Shown: one piece after another, positions 1-9,211 of the stretch | Numbering within the stretch: the stretch's first letter is position 1 | How the letters are laid out: every line of letters begins with the position of its first letter | From: Candidatus Electronema halotolerans | Lineage (GTDB): Bacteria > Desulfobacterota > Desulfobulbia > Desulfobulbales > Desulfobulbaceae | DNA length: 32,000 bases | Reading direction: 5' to 3' | NCBI GenBank assembly: GCA_942493095.1 | Contig: OW818675.1 | Span: 2,700,001 to 2,732,000, forward strand | The notes under the pieces: generated by a model | Seen by the model: only the letters and a program-made list of their open reading frames with translations | Databases searched by the model: none | What the model was told of the DNA's origin: nothing | Made by a program: the position numbers and the translations under genes

Positions 1-2
1 GC

Positions 3-233
3 GCAATAGAGCTGCATAAAAGCGAGGACATGCTGCTGCCTGTGGAATTCCGGGCCAAAGGTGTGGTCGCGTGGGTGAGCAGCGACCGCATGGCCATTCA
101 ATTCACGGAGATGGAGCATGAGAGCCTGATTTTTCTTCAGACTGCTCTGCTGTATCAGGCTGATGACCCGATGCTGCTGGGCACGGAATTTGGTCGGGAT
201 GTGTCCTTTCAGGTGGTGGAGCAGGACGACTGA
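3..233 (+). CDS. PilZ-like domain protein, C-terminal fragment (gene starts upstream of the window)
   Basis: The frame is open from the window edge to TGA at 231-233. The segment ...GVVAWVSSDRMAIQFTE... resembles the C-terminal beta-barrel part of PilZ domains. Assigned from memory of the motif only. Confidence 0.4.
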   Translation, partial: AIELHKSEDMLLPVEFRAKGVVAWVSSDRMAIQFTEMEHESLIFLQTALLYQADDPMLLGTEFGRDVSFQVVEQDD

Positions 234-236
234 GGC

Positions 237-1325
237 TTACTGCTTCCTGACAATCGCCATTGCATCGCCGTAGCTGAAAAAGCGGTAGTTCTGTGCCACC
301 GCCTCAGCGTAGGCGGCCAGAATCCGTTCCCGCCCGGCCAAGGCTGAAACCAGAAAAAGCAGCGATGAGCAGGGCAGGTGAAAATTGGTGATCAGATTAT
401 CCACCGCTTTGAAGCGATAGCCCGGATAGATGTAGAGGCCGCAGAGTCCTTGGGTCGGCTGAACAAGGCCTGTCTCATCCGCAGCAAATTCAAGGGTGCG
501 GGCCGTGGTCGTGCCCACTGCCCAAATCCTGCGGCCAGCCTGCCGGGCCGCATTGACCGCCTCGGCAGTCTCTTCTGGAACGCGGACAAATTCCTGATGA
601 ATCTGATGCTCGCGAATGTCGCGGTGCCGCACCGGGGCAAAGGTGCCGTAGCCGACATGCAGAGTCACGGCAGCCTGCCTGATTCCTTTTTCCTCCAGCT
701 CCGCCAAAAGCTGCCGACTGAAATGCAGCCCGGCAGTAGGCGCGGCCACTGAGCCAAGCTGCTGCGCATATTCGGTCTGATACCGCTGCGCATCCGCCGC
801 TGTGCTGCCTGCGGGCCGCCGGATGTAGGGCGGCAGGGGTAGCTGGCCGTGCTGGTCAAGCAGCTGGGCAAGATCAGCCATTGGCGGGTGCAGCAGCCTG
901 ACCCTGACCTTGCCATCCGGCAGCAGCTCCTCAACGCGGGCTTGGAGATCATCAGCAAAATGCAGACGGCTGCCACGCTTGGGCCGTTTGGAACTCCTGA
1001 GCAGAGCCAAGGCCGTTGCCTCGCCCAGCCTGTTGCTCTCTGGAAAATGAAGCAGAAGCAGCTCCACCTTGCCGCCAGTGTCTTTTGTGCCAAAAAGGCG
1101 GGCCGGAAAGACCTTGCTGTTGTTGACCACAAGCAGATCGCCGGGCCGGAGCAGATCGCCTGCATCGGCAAAACAGCTGTGCCGGAGCGTGTCCTCGACG
1201 CAGTCAATAATCAGCAGCCGGGACTGGTCGCGCTGATCAGCAGGCTGCTGGGCAATCAGACGCTCCGGCAGAGGATAGTCGTAGGACGAGAGGCGGAACT
1301 GCGCCTCCGGGATATGTTCTGGCAT
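237..1325 (-). CDS. queA: S-adenosylmethionine:tRNA ribosyltransferase-isomerase (queuosine biosynthesis)
   Basis: 362-aa ORF. The N-terminus FRLSSYDYPLPERLIAQQPADQRDQSRLL and the internal VGTTTARTLE and ITNFHLP motifs are typical of QueA. Confidence 0.9.
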   Translation of the reverse strand: MPEHIPEAQFRLSSYDYPLPERLIAQQPADQRDQSRLLIIDCVEDTLRHSCFADAGDLLRPGDLLVVNNSKVFPARLFGTKDTGGKVELLLLHFPESNRLGEATALALLRSSKRPKRGSRLHFADDLQARVEELLPDGKVRVRLLHPPMADLAQLLDQHGQLPLPPYIRRPAGSTAADAQRYQTEYAQQLGSVAAPTAGLHFSRQLLAELEEKGIRQAAVTLHVGYGTFAPVRHRDIREHQIHQEFVRVPEETAEAVNAARQAGRRIWAVGTTTARTLEFAADETGLVQPTQGLCGLYIYPGYRFKAVDNLITNFHLPCSSLLFLVSALAGRERILAAYAEAVAQNYRFFSYGDAMAIVRKQ

Positions 1326-1388
1326 AAATCTGCTAAGATAAAGAACCGCTGCCGGGGACTCTCGGCAGCGGCTGGGAAGGAAGGCGGC

Positions 1389-2462
1389 TCAGAGCTGGGA
1401 ATCGTTGTAAGGGTTGCCGGGATAAATCGCTTCCGGCGCAGCGGGTCGGTATTCCGGCAGATACGGCCTGTCAAAGGTGATCTCACTGTCATCGCAGAAC
1501 GGAGCGCAGCTTTCTGTCTTGCTGCTTTCAACCTTGACCTTGCTTTTCGACCTGCCGTCAGCATCTGTGACCACAGAGATGTTGATCTTGGTTTCTGTGC
1601 GGTTGGCTGACTTGTTCACAGACGGTCGCACCTTCTTTTTCATGATCTCAATGCTGCGGCCTGTCCATGCGCTGGCGCAGCAGCTGTCCAAGGTGCGGCA
1701 GGAAATTGTCTGCCAGCCAAGATCATGAAAGCGGAAAGGGACATTCATCTCCTGTCCCGGCCTCACCCAGCCGGAATCATACGGATTGCTGTAATTCCAA
1801 TCAGAGCCGGAGGCCACGCACTGCACTCGCACATATCCACCTTGACGGCAGATGCCTGCGGTGACAGGAATGTCAATTGACCTGTCAAGCCGGGCTGCGC
1901 GGGGATGCTCGCTGACTAAGGGGCGGCCCAAGCCTTGGCCTGCGGGATATTTTTCAGGTTCAGGATAGGGAGAGGTTTCTTGGACATAGCCGAGAATCTG
2001 CTCGACAGGCTCAGGGTCTCTGGGGTAATATCCTCCTTGGGCCAAAATCCGCACCGGACCGACCCAAGCGTGGCCATAGCTGTTGGACATGCAGGCATAC
2101 AAGGGCTGATCCCGCTTCAGCATGTTCAGCCGCACCCTCAGCTCAACCGTGCGGCTGCCAGGCCGGACTGTGCCGGATTTGACGGTTTCTCCCCGCCAAC
2201 TGCCTGTTCTGATGAAGACATCACTTTCCGAATTAAACGGCAGCGCGTCTTTTTTGCGGATCATGAAGCGGGCATACGGACCGTTGACTTCCACGGACAT
2301 CTCCAGAATAGCCCCCCAAGAACCGCCTCCATCCTGAGTGTTGTTCACTGCCGGACCATAGCCGGCAGCGGCATTGTCAATTGGCAGGACAAGCAGACTG
2401 CATACGAAAAAAAGAAACACTGCTGCGGCAAGGTGCGCCGTTCTTCTGCAAGATAAAATCAT
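1389..2462 (-). CDS. hypothetical secreted protein (signal peptide, several Cys, no recognised domain)
   Basis: 357-aa ORF with a hydrophobic N-terminal signal-like segment (AAAVFLFFVCSLLVLPIDNAAA). Its GC content matches the neighbours and no competing ORF has a domain match. Confidence 0.55.
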   Translation of the reverse strand: MILSCRRTAHLAAAVFLFFVCSLLVLPIDNAAAGYGPAVNNTQDGGGSWGAILEMSVEVNGPYARFMIRKKDALPFNSESDVFIRTGSWRGETVKSGTVRPGSRTVELRVRLNMLKRDQPLYACMSNSYGHAWVGPVRILAQGGYYPRDPEPVEQILGYVQETSPYPEPEKYPAGQGLGRPLVSEHPRAARLDRSIDIPVTAGICRQGGYVRVQCVASGSDWNYSNPYDSGWVRPGQEMNVPFRFHDLGWQTISCRTLDSCCASAWTGRSIEIMKKKVRPSVNKSANRTETKINISVVTDADGRSKSKVKVESSKTESCAPFCDDSEITFDRPYLPEYRPAAPEAIYPGNPYNDSQL

Positions 2463-2615
2463 GACCAGCCTCCATTTTGAGCAAATTCATGACACAGCGG
2501 CTGCTGCTCCGGCTCCGGCGGGACTGCTGGCAGCCGGGAGATTCCATTTTCATTATACCAAGGCCAACAAGGAGCGTACAGTCCATTCTCAAGCACCGCA
2601 GCCGGAGTTCCGCGC

Positions 2616-3305
2616 ATGGCCATTCTGATCACTGCCGCGACCGCCTTGGAGATGCAAGCATGCAATGACGCAGGCGGCAAGGCTGACAGCACCTTGCGCC
2701 TGCTCACTGGCATCGGCCTGACCGAAACCGCCCTGTCGCTGACTTCCATGCTGCATCAGCATGCTGGAGCAGTTGAACTGGTCTTGAATTTCGGCATTGC
2801 CGGAGCCTATCCCGCAGGCAAGGCCGGACTGCTCGACATCTGCGTGGCTGACGAGGAAGTGCTGGGTGATCTCGGCATCGGCCTGCCGGAGCGGATTGTG
2901 CGTCTTGCTGACCGGGGCCTGTCTGTGGAGGACCGCTTTCTGCTCGACCCGCAGCTCAGGCAGGAGGCGGAACTGGCCTTGCAGCAGGCTGGCATGCGCT
3001 GCAAAACCGGGGTCTTTGTCACCGTCAATTGCGCCAGCGGCACAGAGCAGCGGGCAATGATGCTGGGCCGTCAGTTTCAGGGATTGTGTGAAAATATGGA
3101 AGGTGCGGCTGTGGCCAGAGTCTGCGGCCATTTCGGCCTGCCCTGCGTGGAGCTGCGCTGCATCAGCAATATGGCGGGCGAGACGGAGAGAAGCAGATGG
3201 CGGCTGCCGGAAGCCTGCGCACGGGCCGGACAGGCGGCGGCAGCGGTGGCTGACTTTTTCCTGCGGAAGGATGCCGCGAACAGGCATCCTTCAGGTCGGA
3301 CATGA
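2616..3305 (+). CDS. mqnB: futalosine hydrolase-like nucleosidase (PNP_UDP_1 / MTA-SAH nucleosidase superfamily)
   Basis: 229 aa. N-terminus ILITAATALE, NFGIAGAY, and the C-terminal ENMEGAAVA motif characteristic of this nucleosidase fold. Length and N-terminus fit MqnB better than MtnN. The subfamily call is from memory. Confidence 0.65.
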   Translation: MAILITAATALEMQACNDAGGKADSTLRLLTGIGLTETALSLTSMLHQHAGAVELVLNFGIAGAYPAGKAGLLDICVADEEVLGDLGIGLPERIVRLADRGLSVEDRFLLDPQLRQEAELALQQAGMRCKTGVFVTVNCASGTEQRAMMLGRQFQGLCENMEGAAVARVCGHFGLPCVELRCISNMAGETERSRWRLPEACARAGQAAAAVADFFLRKDAANRHPSGRT

Positions 3306-5351
3306 TCAGCCGTTTTTGATCACCAAGGTGGTGCCGGGCTGGAGCAGATTGCCGTTCAGTCTGTTCCAGTCCTTGATGTCGTTGGTGGAAACTTGGAGCT
3401 TCTTGGAAATGGACCAGAGCGAATCGCCGCTGCGCACTTTATAGTAGCTGACCGCCGCCTCTTCCACATCCGCAGTTTTCCGTTTCCCTTTCCCGGAAAG
3501 CGTGACCATGCCGCCTGAGCTGCTTTTCGGCTCTGCCGCCGCAGCAACAGCAGGCGCGCCTGCGCCGGGCTTCAATTTTGTCCCGCTGGCCGTCAGCTCA
3601 ACTGGGCCGCTCTGGTGCTGCGGCTGCGGAACAGAAGGAGTCGCCGAAGCAATCTGCACAGCTACAGGCTCGATTGCACCCTGCGGCAGATGGATTGTCA
3701 ATTTCCGGCCCGCTTGGATGCTGTTCGCCTTGCTGACATGGTTCCACTTCATCAGCGCGGCCACGGAGACCTTGTATTTTTCGCTGACATGAGAAAGGGT
3801 TTCGCCTTTGCCCAGCTTGTATGTGGTTGTCATGTCAGCTGCGGCCACCTCAACCTGCTTTGTTCTGACAGCCTGCTTTTTGCTGTTTGTCAGAGCATAT
3901 TGCTGGCCGTTTGATGAAGCTGCTGCGCCAGGAATGCGCAGATATTGACCAGCCAGCAGTTTTGATGAGTGGAGATTGTTGACCTTGAGCAGATCGGTCA
4001 TGCTGACATGATACTTTTCGCTGATCCCGGACAGGGTCTCGTTTCTCGCCACTTTGTGACTGCGGTAGCCGACCTGCGCGCCGCCTGAATTATGCAGCGC
4101 GTCCGGCAGATTGGCTGCCACCAAGGCACTGCGGCCTGCGGGAACCTTGAGCAGCCAGCCACCCTTGGCCTGCGGCACTCGATCTTTGAGCAAATCGTTG
4201 TTGAGTTCCCGGAGCTGATCCAAGCTGACTGCCGCACTGGCCGCCACTGTCTTGAGCGGCGTGCCAGCAGGCACTTTGACCACTTCATGGCGCAGCGGTC
4301 TTCTGTACCTGATGCCCCTGAAGCCGTACTGCTCAGGATCGCGGGAAATCAGCACTGCCGCAATCATCTGCGGCACATAGCGTTTTGTTTCCAGAGCCAG
4401 ATAATCATGCTGGGCCAGCTCCCAGAAATTCTTGGCATTGTATTTTTTCAGCCCTCTTTCTATGGAGCCTTCTCCGGCATTGTAGGCTGCCACAGCCAAA
4501 TGCCAGTCGCCAAAGCGTTTGTACAGGGCTTTCAGATAGGCCACAGCAGCCTTGGTCGCTTTTTCAGGATCACGGCGCTCGTCCGCCCAAGAATCAACGC
4601 GCAGACCATAATTGCGGCCTGTGCCCGGAATGAACTGCCAGAGACCAGAGGCGTGGGAGCGGGAATAGGCGGAAGGATTGAAACCGGATTCGATCATGGC
4701 CAGCCAGGCCAATTCCAGCGGCAGGCCAGCCTTGTTCAGCTCCTGCGTGATAAAGGGCAAATATTTGCTGGACCGCTCCAGCCAGCGGCGGAAATTTTTC
4801 CGCTGTCTGCCTTGAAAGAGACTGAGATAATACTCAACCTGCCTGTTGACGACCACCGGGAACCCGCAGGCGATCTTTTTGCCTGCCTGAGAGGGATTGA
4901 ATTCAGGAACAATCGCATTCAGGTCAGCAATGTCCGGTTCAGGCACTTCTGGACGGATCCGCTTTTCCGGCCAGACCGGCTCCTCGCTCGGCGCAGGCAG
5001 GTCGCACTGCGTTCCGCCCTCCGGCTCCACCGCTGTCCATTCGCCGGTCTCTTTCAGTCCCTTCAGCTCGTCCTGCAAATCCTGCTCTGATTCAAGAGCA
5101 ATCGAACTGTCATCCTCATGCTCCTCCTCGTCGGTCACGTCGATCCACTGCACGGCAGCCTCGGCCTGCTGCTGCTCCTGCCGCTCAAAATAGCGTTCAA
5201 CAATCAGCCGCAGCTGCTCCGACTCATCCGTCTCCGCCTGCTGGTCAGGACCGCCGCTGTATCTGCTGCTGTCAATGGGCGAACAGGCTGCGGGCAGGGA
5301 CAGCGGCACCAGCAGCATGATATACGAAATGACTTTCTTGGTTTTCTTCAT
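3306..5351 (-). CDS. mltD: membrane-bound lytic murein transglycosylase with C-terminal LysM repeats (MltD-like lipoprotein)
   Basis: SLT catalytic region (LAMIESGFNPSAYSRSHASGLWQFIPGTG). There are several LysM-like repeats (YKVRSGDSLWSISKK..., HKVARNETLSGISEKY..., YKLGKGETLSHVSEKY...). I moved the start to ATG 5351 (MKKTKKVISYIMLLVPLSLPAACS, a lipobox-like signal) instead of the ORF-track start at 5579. Confidence 0.85.
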   Translation of the reverse strand: MKKTKKVISYIMLLVPLSLPAACSPIDSSRYSGGPDQQAETDESEQLRLIVERYFERQEQQQAEAAVQWIDVTDEEEHEDDSSIALESEQDLQDELKGLKETGEWTAVEPEGGTQCDLPAPSEEPVWPEKRIRPEVPEPDIADLNAIVPEFNPSQAGKKIACGFPVVVNRQVEYYLSLFQGRQRKNFRRWLERSSKYLPFITQELNKAGLPLELAWLAMIESGFNPSAYSRSHASGLWQFIPGTGRNYGLRVDSWADERRDPEKATKAAVAYLKALYKRFGDWHLAVAAYNAGEGSIERGLKKYNAKNFWELAQHDYLALETKRYVPQMIAAVLISRDPEQYGFRGIRYRRPLRHEVVKVPAGTPLKTVAASAAVSLDQLRELNNDLLKDRVPQAKGGWLLKVPAGRSALVAANLPDALHNSGGAQVGYRSHKVARNETLSGISEKYHVSMTDLLKVNNLHSSKLLAGQYLRIPGAAASSNGQQYALTNSKKQAVRTKQVEVAAADMTTTYKLGKGETLSHVSEKYKVSVAALMKWNHVSKANSIQAGRKLTIHLPQGAIEPVAVQIASATPSVPQPQHQSGPVELTASGTKLKPGAGAPAVAAAAEPKSSSGGMVTLSGKGKRKTADVEEAAVSYYKVRSGDSLWSISKKLQVSTNDIKDWNRLNGNLLQPGTTLVIKNG

Positions 5352-5684
5352 TATTATTCGTGAATGCTTCCGTGATTGATCAGAGTACGAGCCGTTGGAC
5401 CGGCTTGTATTTTCAGGAAATGCTTCAGAGAGGACACCGTCGGATGTCTCATGCTCTGTTTTTACCATAGAACTGCTGCTTTTTACAAGAAAAAACACAT
5501 TGTTGGTCATAATTGCGATTGACGGGCCGAACCTTTTGTTTTTCCTGAAAATTTTAAACAACACCGCTTCAGATGCCATGCTCCGGCAGCCGATTCTGCT
5601 GGACAGCCTCAGCAGCAGAGAATATCATATTTGCCAAATCATGCTCCGCTGCCCGCTCTGTTCTGTTCTGACCGTGCCATCGCC

Positions 5685-8600
5685 ATGCGCCGTTTTTTTG
5701 CTGTGCTTTTCAGACTGTTTTTCTGCTGTGCCGTGCTTGGACTGCTGACAGCGGTCTGCGCCTTGGGCTGGGTCTATTATTTGGTCACCCAAGTGCCCTG
5801 CCCGGAAATGGCTCCTGCCCGGATTGCCGCCATTCTGGGCCGGGAAAGTCCGGTCTGCTACCGGGACGGACAGGAAAAAATCGGGGTGCTTTTTGACGAG
5901 ATTCACCGCCAGTATCTGACCTACGAGCAGCTGCCGGAGTCGTTTGTCAAAGCCATTGTCGCAGCTGAGGATGATCAGTTTTTTCATCATTACGGCATTG
6001 ATCCACCCGGCATTGCCAAGGCCCTGCTGGTGAACTGGCAGGCAGGTCACATTGTCCGGGGCGGCAGCACCCTCACCCAGCAGACCGTCAAGAATTTGTT
6101 CGGGCGCAGCGGACGGAGCTATGAGGCCAAGCTCAAGGAGATGCTCTATGCCCTGCGTTTGGAGCAGCGGTTCTCCAAGGAGAAAATTCTTGAATTTTAC
6201 AGCAATCAGTTCTATGTCAGCGGCAACGGCCACGGCTTGGGCTTTGCGGCCCGCTATTATTTTGACAAGGCTCCGGCAGAGCTGAACCTGCTTGAAACCG
6301 CCTTTATTGCCGGTTCAGTCAAGCAGCCCAGTCATTATGATCCCTTTATTCAGAAGGACCGGGCGGCGGCATCTCAAGCCAAGGAGCGGGCCAAGGAGCG
6401 GGCAGGCTATGTGCTCAACAGGATGCGCAAGTTTGAGATGATCAATGCGGCGGAATTTGCAGCGGCCCAAAAAAACAAACTTGTCTTCAAGCGCGGCAAG
6501 ACCAGCTATGCCCTCAACACGCTCATGGACATGGTCAGGGCCGGCCTGTCTTCCCAAGACCTTTCTGAGGTGCTGGCCGAGCACGGCATTGACGACATTG
6601 TCACCTCCGGGGCCAAGATCATCACCACCATTGACAAAAGTCTGCAAACTGAAACCCTGCACAGCCTGCGGCGGCAGCTTTCCAGTCTTGATGTCCAGCT
6701 GCGCGGTTATGACCGGGAGGAGGTGCGGAAGGAATACAAGGAGGCTGAGGGCGACAGCGAAGTCAGTGAGAAAAGTTTTGTCTTTGCCACGATCAAAAAC
6801 ATTGAGCAGAGCGAGCCGCAGCAGCCGAAAATCACCGTCCGCTTTGCTGACGGGCAGCCGCAGGAAGGGCTGATCGACCGCGAAGGACTGGAGCAGATGC
6901 TCATTGCCTTGGTCAAGCATCGCAGAGGGAAATGGGCCAAGCCGGGCAAAAAGGATTTGGCGGATCTGCTCAAGCGGCTGCGGGTCGGCGACAAGGTGTA
7001 TGTCAGTGTCCGGGAGGCGGATTCTTCCTTTAACGAGGTGCCGCTGCTGGACTTGGAACGCTATCCTGACAAGCTGCAAGGCGCGGCAGTGGTGATGCGG
7101 CAGGGCGCGGTGACGGCCTTGGCAGGCGGCATGGACAACCGGTTCTTCAACCGGGCTGTGGATGGCAAGCGGCCAATGGGATCAACCATGAAGCCTTTTC
7201 TTTATGCCGCCGCCCTTCAGCTCGGCTGGAGTCCGCTTGATCTGCTCAACAACCGGCGCAATGTCTTTGTTTTTCGGGATGATCCCTATTTTCCCCGGCC
7301 TGATCACAAAAGCCCGTTCGCCCATGTTTCCATGAGCTGGGCCGGAGTCAAGTCGGAAAATGTCGCCTCAGTCTGGCTTCTCTATCATCTGACTGACAAG
7401 CTGACCCCTGCCGGACTGCTGCAAACTGCGGCCGGAGTTGACATGACCCCCCGTGACCAAGAGGATTACGAATCTTTCAGTGCTCGAATGCGCAGCAATT
7501 TTGGTCTGTACGTCACCAAAGATGATCTTGACCAGAGCGCATACAAACAGGCTCTGAAAAAAGCGGAGGCGGATTTTCTTTTTGAAGGCAGGCAGGCGGA
7601 ATACCAGCAATGGCTGAAGATTCCTTTTGGTCTCCATTACAACAAGTTCCGGGCTGGCATCCGTCGGGAGCTGCAAAAACGCGGCTTGACCTCTGAGGAA
7701 AAATCAGAGGGTTGGCGGCAGCTTTCCATGCTGGGGCAGGGCTATCCTGATCTGGAGCGGAGTCAGCGCGCCTTGGAGCAGTACCGCAAATACCTTAGCC
7801 AGCTGGCCGCAGCCGCAGTGCCGCGCTTTTTTCAGCAGGAGCCGCCGGATGCAGCAGATCGTCCATCCGGCACGATGGCTTCAGATGAGCAGGGGCGGCT
7901 GATCTTCACCCAGAGCAGCGGCCTGCCAGAGAGCTGGGAGCCAGTCGATGATCAGAATCTGCGGCGGCGGCTGGCTGGCATGTATCCGGCAGAGCAGGAC
8001 ATGCTCTGGAGCAATGTCCTGCTCGAAGGCAGAGTCAGCTCCGGCAGTTTGGCCATCATCAAGCGGCAGATGGATAAAGAGCGGGCTGTCTTGGCCGGGC
8101 AGCAGCCGTATGCACTGGAGGTGCTGCTCAAGCTCCGTGACTACCGGGTCATGGTCGGCCTGCAATATCTGATCCGGCTGGCCCGCGCCGCCGGAGTCAG
8201 GAGCGATCTGGAGCCAGTGCTTTCCTTTCCTCTTGGCTCCAATGTCATCTCGCTGATGGACAGTGTCCGCATGTACGAGACCTTGGTCACTGGCAGCCGC
8301 TGGCAGGCCCGGCTGCGTGATGAACCCTTGCAGGCCGAGGCAGCGGTTCCAGAGGAGGAAAAGGAGAATATTCAGGCCGGACTGGCCCTGATTGAACGGA
8401 TTGAAACCCCGGAAGGCCGGGTCATTTACAGCCGCAGAGCAGCGGCCCGGCCTGTGCTGGACCGGAAAAGCAGCAGCGAGGTCAGCAACATCCTCCAGAA
8501 TGTGGTCCGCTGGGGCACTGGCCATCATGCTTGGGAAACTGTCCGCCTGCCCGGCATTGGCGAGGACAAGAAAAAAAGTCCGGCCCTGCCGCTGCTCGGC

Positions 8601-9098
8601 AAGACAGGCACGGCCAACGACTTCCGCAATGCCGCCTTTCTCGGCTTTGTCCCGGCAGAAACTGCCCCTGAAGGCGAGGCTCTGCTGGCAAATTCCGGCT
8701 ATGCTCTGGGCGTGTATGTGGGCTATGACAACAACGATCCGATGAAAAAAGGCAGCTTGCGGATCAGCGGCTCGCAGGGTGCCCTGCCCGCTTGGATCCG
8801 CATCGCCCAAGCCTTGGTCAGCAAAGAAGGTCTTGCCGACCGCCTGCATCCTGAAACCCTGACCGGCTCCAGCATTCCCCTGCAATATCCTGACACTGGT
8901 CAGCTCTTCATGCCAGTGGATAAAGAAAACGGCGGGCGGATGCGCCGGGGCAAGGCCGGGCTGCGTCAAGATACGGCTCCAGAAGAGCCTGCTGTTCTCA
9001 GTCACGGCGCACCGGGCCGGAACGGCGGTTTTGAGCCGGAGCGCCGCTTCCGGCCTTTCTGGCTGCTCCAGCAGGAAGCCGCTGCGGTTGCTGACTGA
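5685..9098 (+). CDS. class A penicillin-binding protein (GT51 transglycosylase plus transpeptidase), unusually long
   Basis: GT51 motifs (AAEDDQFFHHYGID, RGGSTLTQQTVKNLF). Transpeptidase motifs STMK (~7183-7194), SEN (~7353-7361) and KTGT (~8601-8612). The ORF-track start at 5631 is a TTG. The ATG at 5685 (MRRFF plus a TM segment) is preferred, but the start is uncertain. Confidence 0.85.
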   Translation: MRRFFAVLFRLFFCCAVLGLLTAVCALGWVYYLVTQVPCPEMAPARIAAILGRESPVCYRDGQEKIGVLFDEIHRQYLTYEQLPESFVKAIVAAEDDQFFHHYGIDPPGIAKALLVNWQAGHIVRGGSTLTQQTVKNLFGRSGRSYEAKLKEMLYALRLEQRFSKEKILEFYSNQFYVSGNGHGLGFAARYYFDKAPAELNLLETAFIAGSVKQPSHYDPFIQKDRAAASQAKERAKERAGYVLNRMRKFEMINAAEFAAAQKNKLVFKRGKTSYALNTLMDMVRAGLSSQDLSEVLAEHGIDDIVTSGAKIITTIDKSLQTETLHSLRRQLSSLDVQLRGYDREEVRKEYKEAEGDSEVSEKSFVFATIKNIEQSEPQQPKITVRFADGQPQEGLIDREGLEQMLIALVKHRRGKWAKPGKKDLADLLKRLRVGDKVYVSVREADSSFNEVPLLDLERYPDKLQGAAVVMRQGAVTALAGGMDNRFFNRAVDGKRPMGSTMKPFLYAAALQLGWSPLDLLNNRRNVFVFRDDPYFPRPDHKSPFAHVSMSWAGVKSENVASVWLLYHLTDKLTPAGLLQTAAGVDMTPRDQEDYESFSARMRSNFGLYVTKDDLDQSAYKQALKKAEADFLFEGRQAEYQQWLKIPFGLHYNKFRAGIRRELQKRGLTSEEKSEGWRQLSMLGQGYPDLERSQRALEQYRKYLSQLAAAAVPRFFQQEPPDAADRPSGTMASDEQGRLIFTQSSGLPESWEPVDDQNLRRRLAGMYPAEQDMLWSNVLLEGRVSSGSLAIIKRQMDKERAVLAGQQPYALEVLLKLRDYRVMVGLQYLIRLARAAGVRSDLEPVLSFPLGSNVISLMDSVRMYETLVTGSRWQARLRDEPLQAEAAVPEEEKENIQAGLALIERIETPEGRVIYSRRAAARPVLDRKSSSEVSNILQNVVRWGTGHHAWETVRLPGIGEDKKKSPALPLLGKTGTANDFRNAAFLGFVPAETAPEGEALLANSGYALGVYVGYDNNDPMKKGSLRISGSQGALPAWIRIAQALVSKEGLADRLHPETLTGSSIPLQYPDTGQLFMPVDKENGGRMRRGKAGLRQDTAPEEPAVLSHGAPGRNGGFEPERRFRPFWLLQQEAAAVAD

Positions 9099-9211
9099 GC
9101 TGCTCAGGATTGCTCCAGATCAAGGTGCTGCCGTTTTATCTTCAGGCCGCCGGAAAAGCCAGTCAACTGTTCGGCGCAGCCAATCACCCGATGGCAGGAA
9201 ATCAACGAATT

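Noticed and set aside
2589-3287. 232-aa ORF on the minus strand
   Set aside because: It competes with the plus-strand nucleosidase gene, which carries the ENMEGAAVA and GIAGAY motifs. The minus-strand translation has no recognisable features.
5352-5579. N-terminal 76-codon extension of the mltD-like ORF
   Set aside because: The extension lies in AT-rich intergenic-looking DNA and encodes no signal peptide. The internal ATG at 5351 gives a proper lipoprotein-type signal (LSLPAACS).
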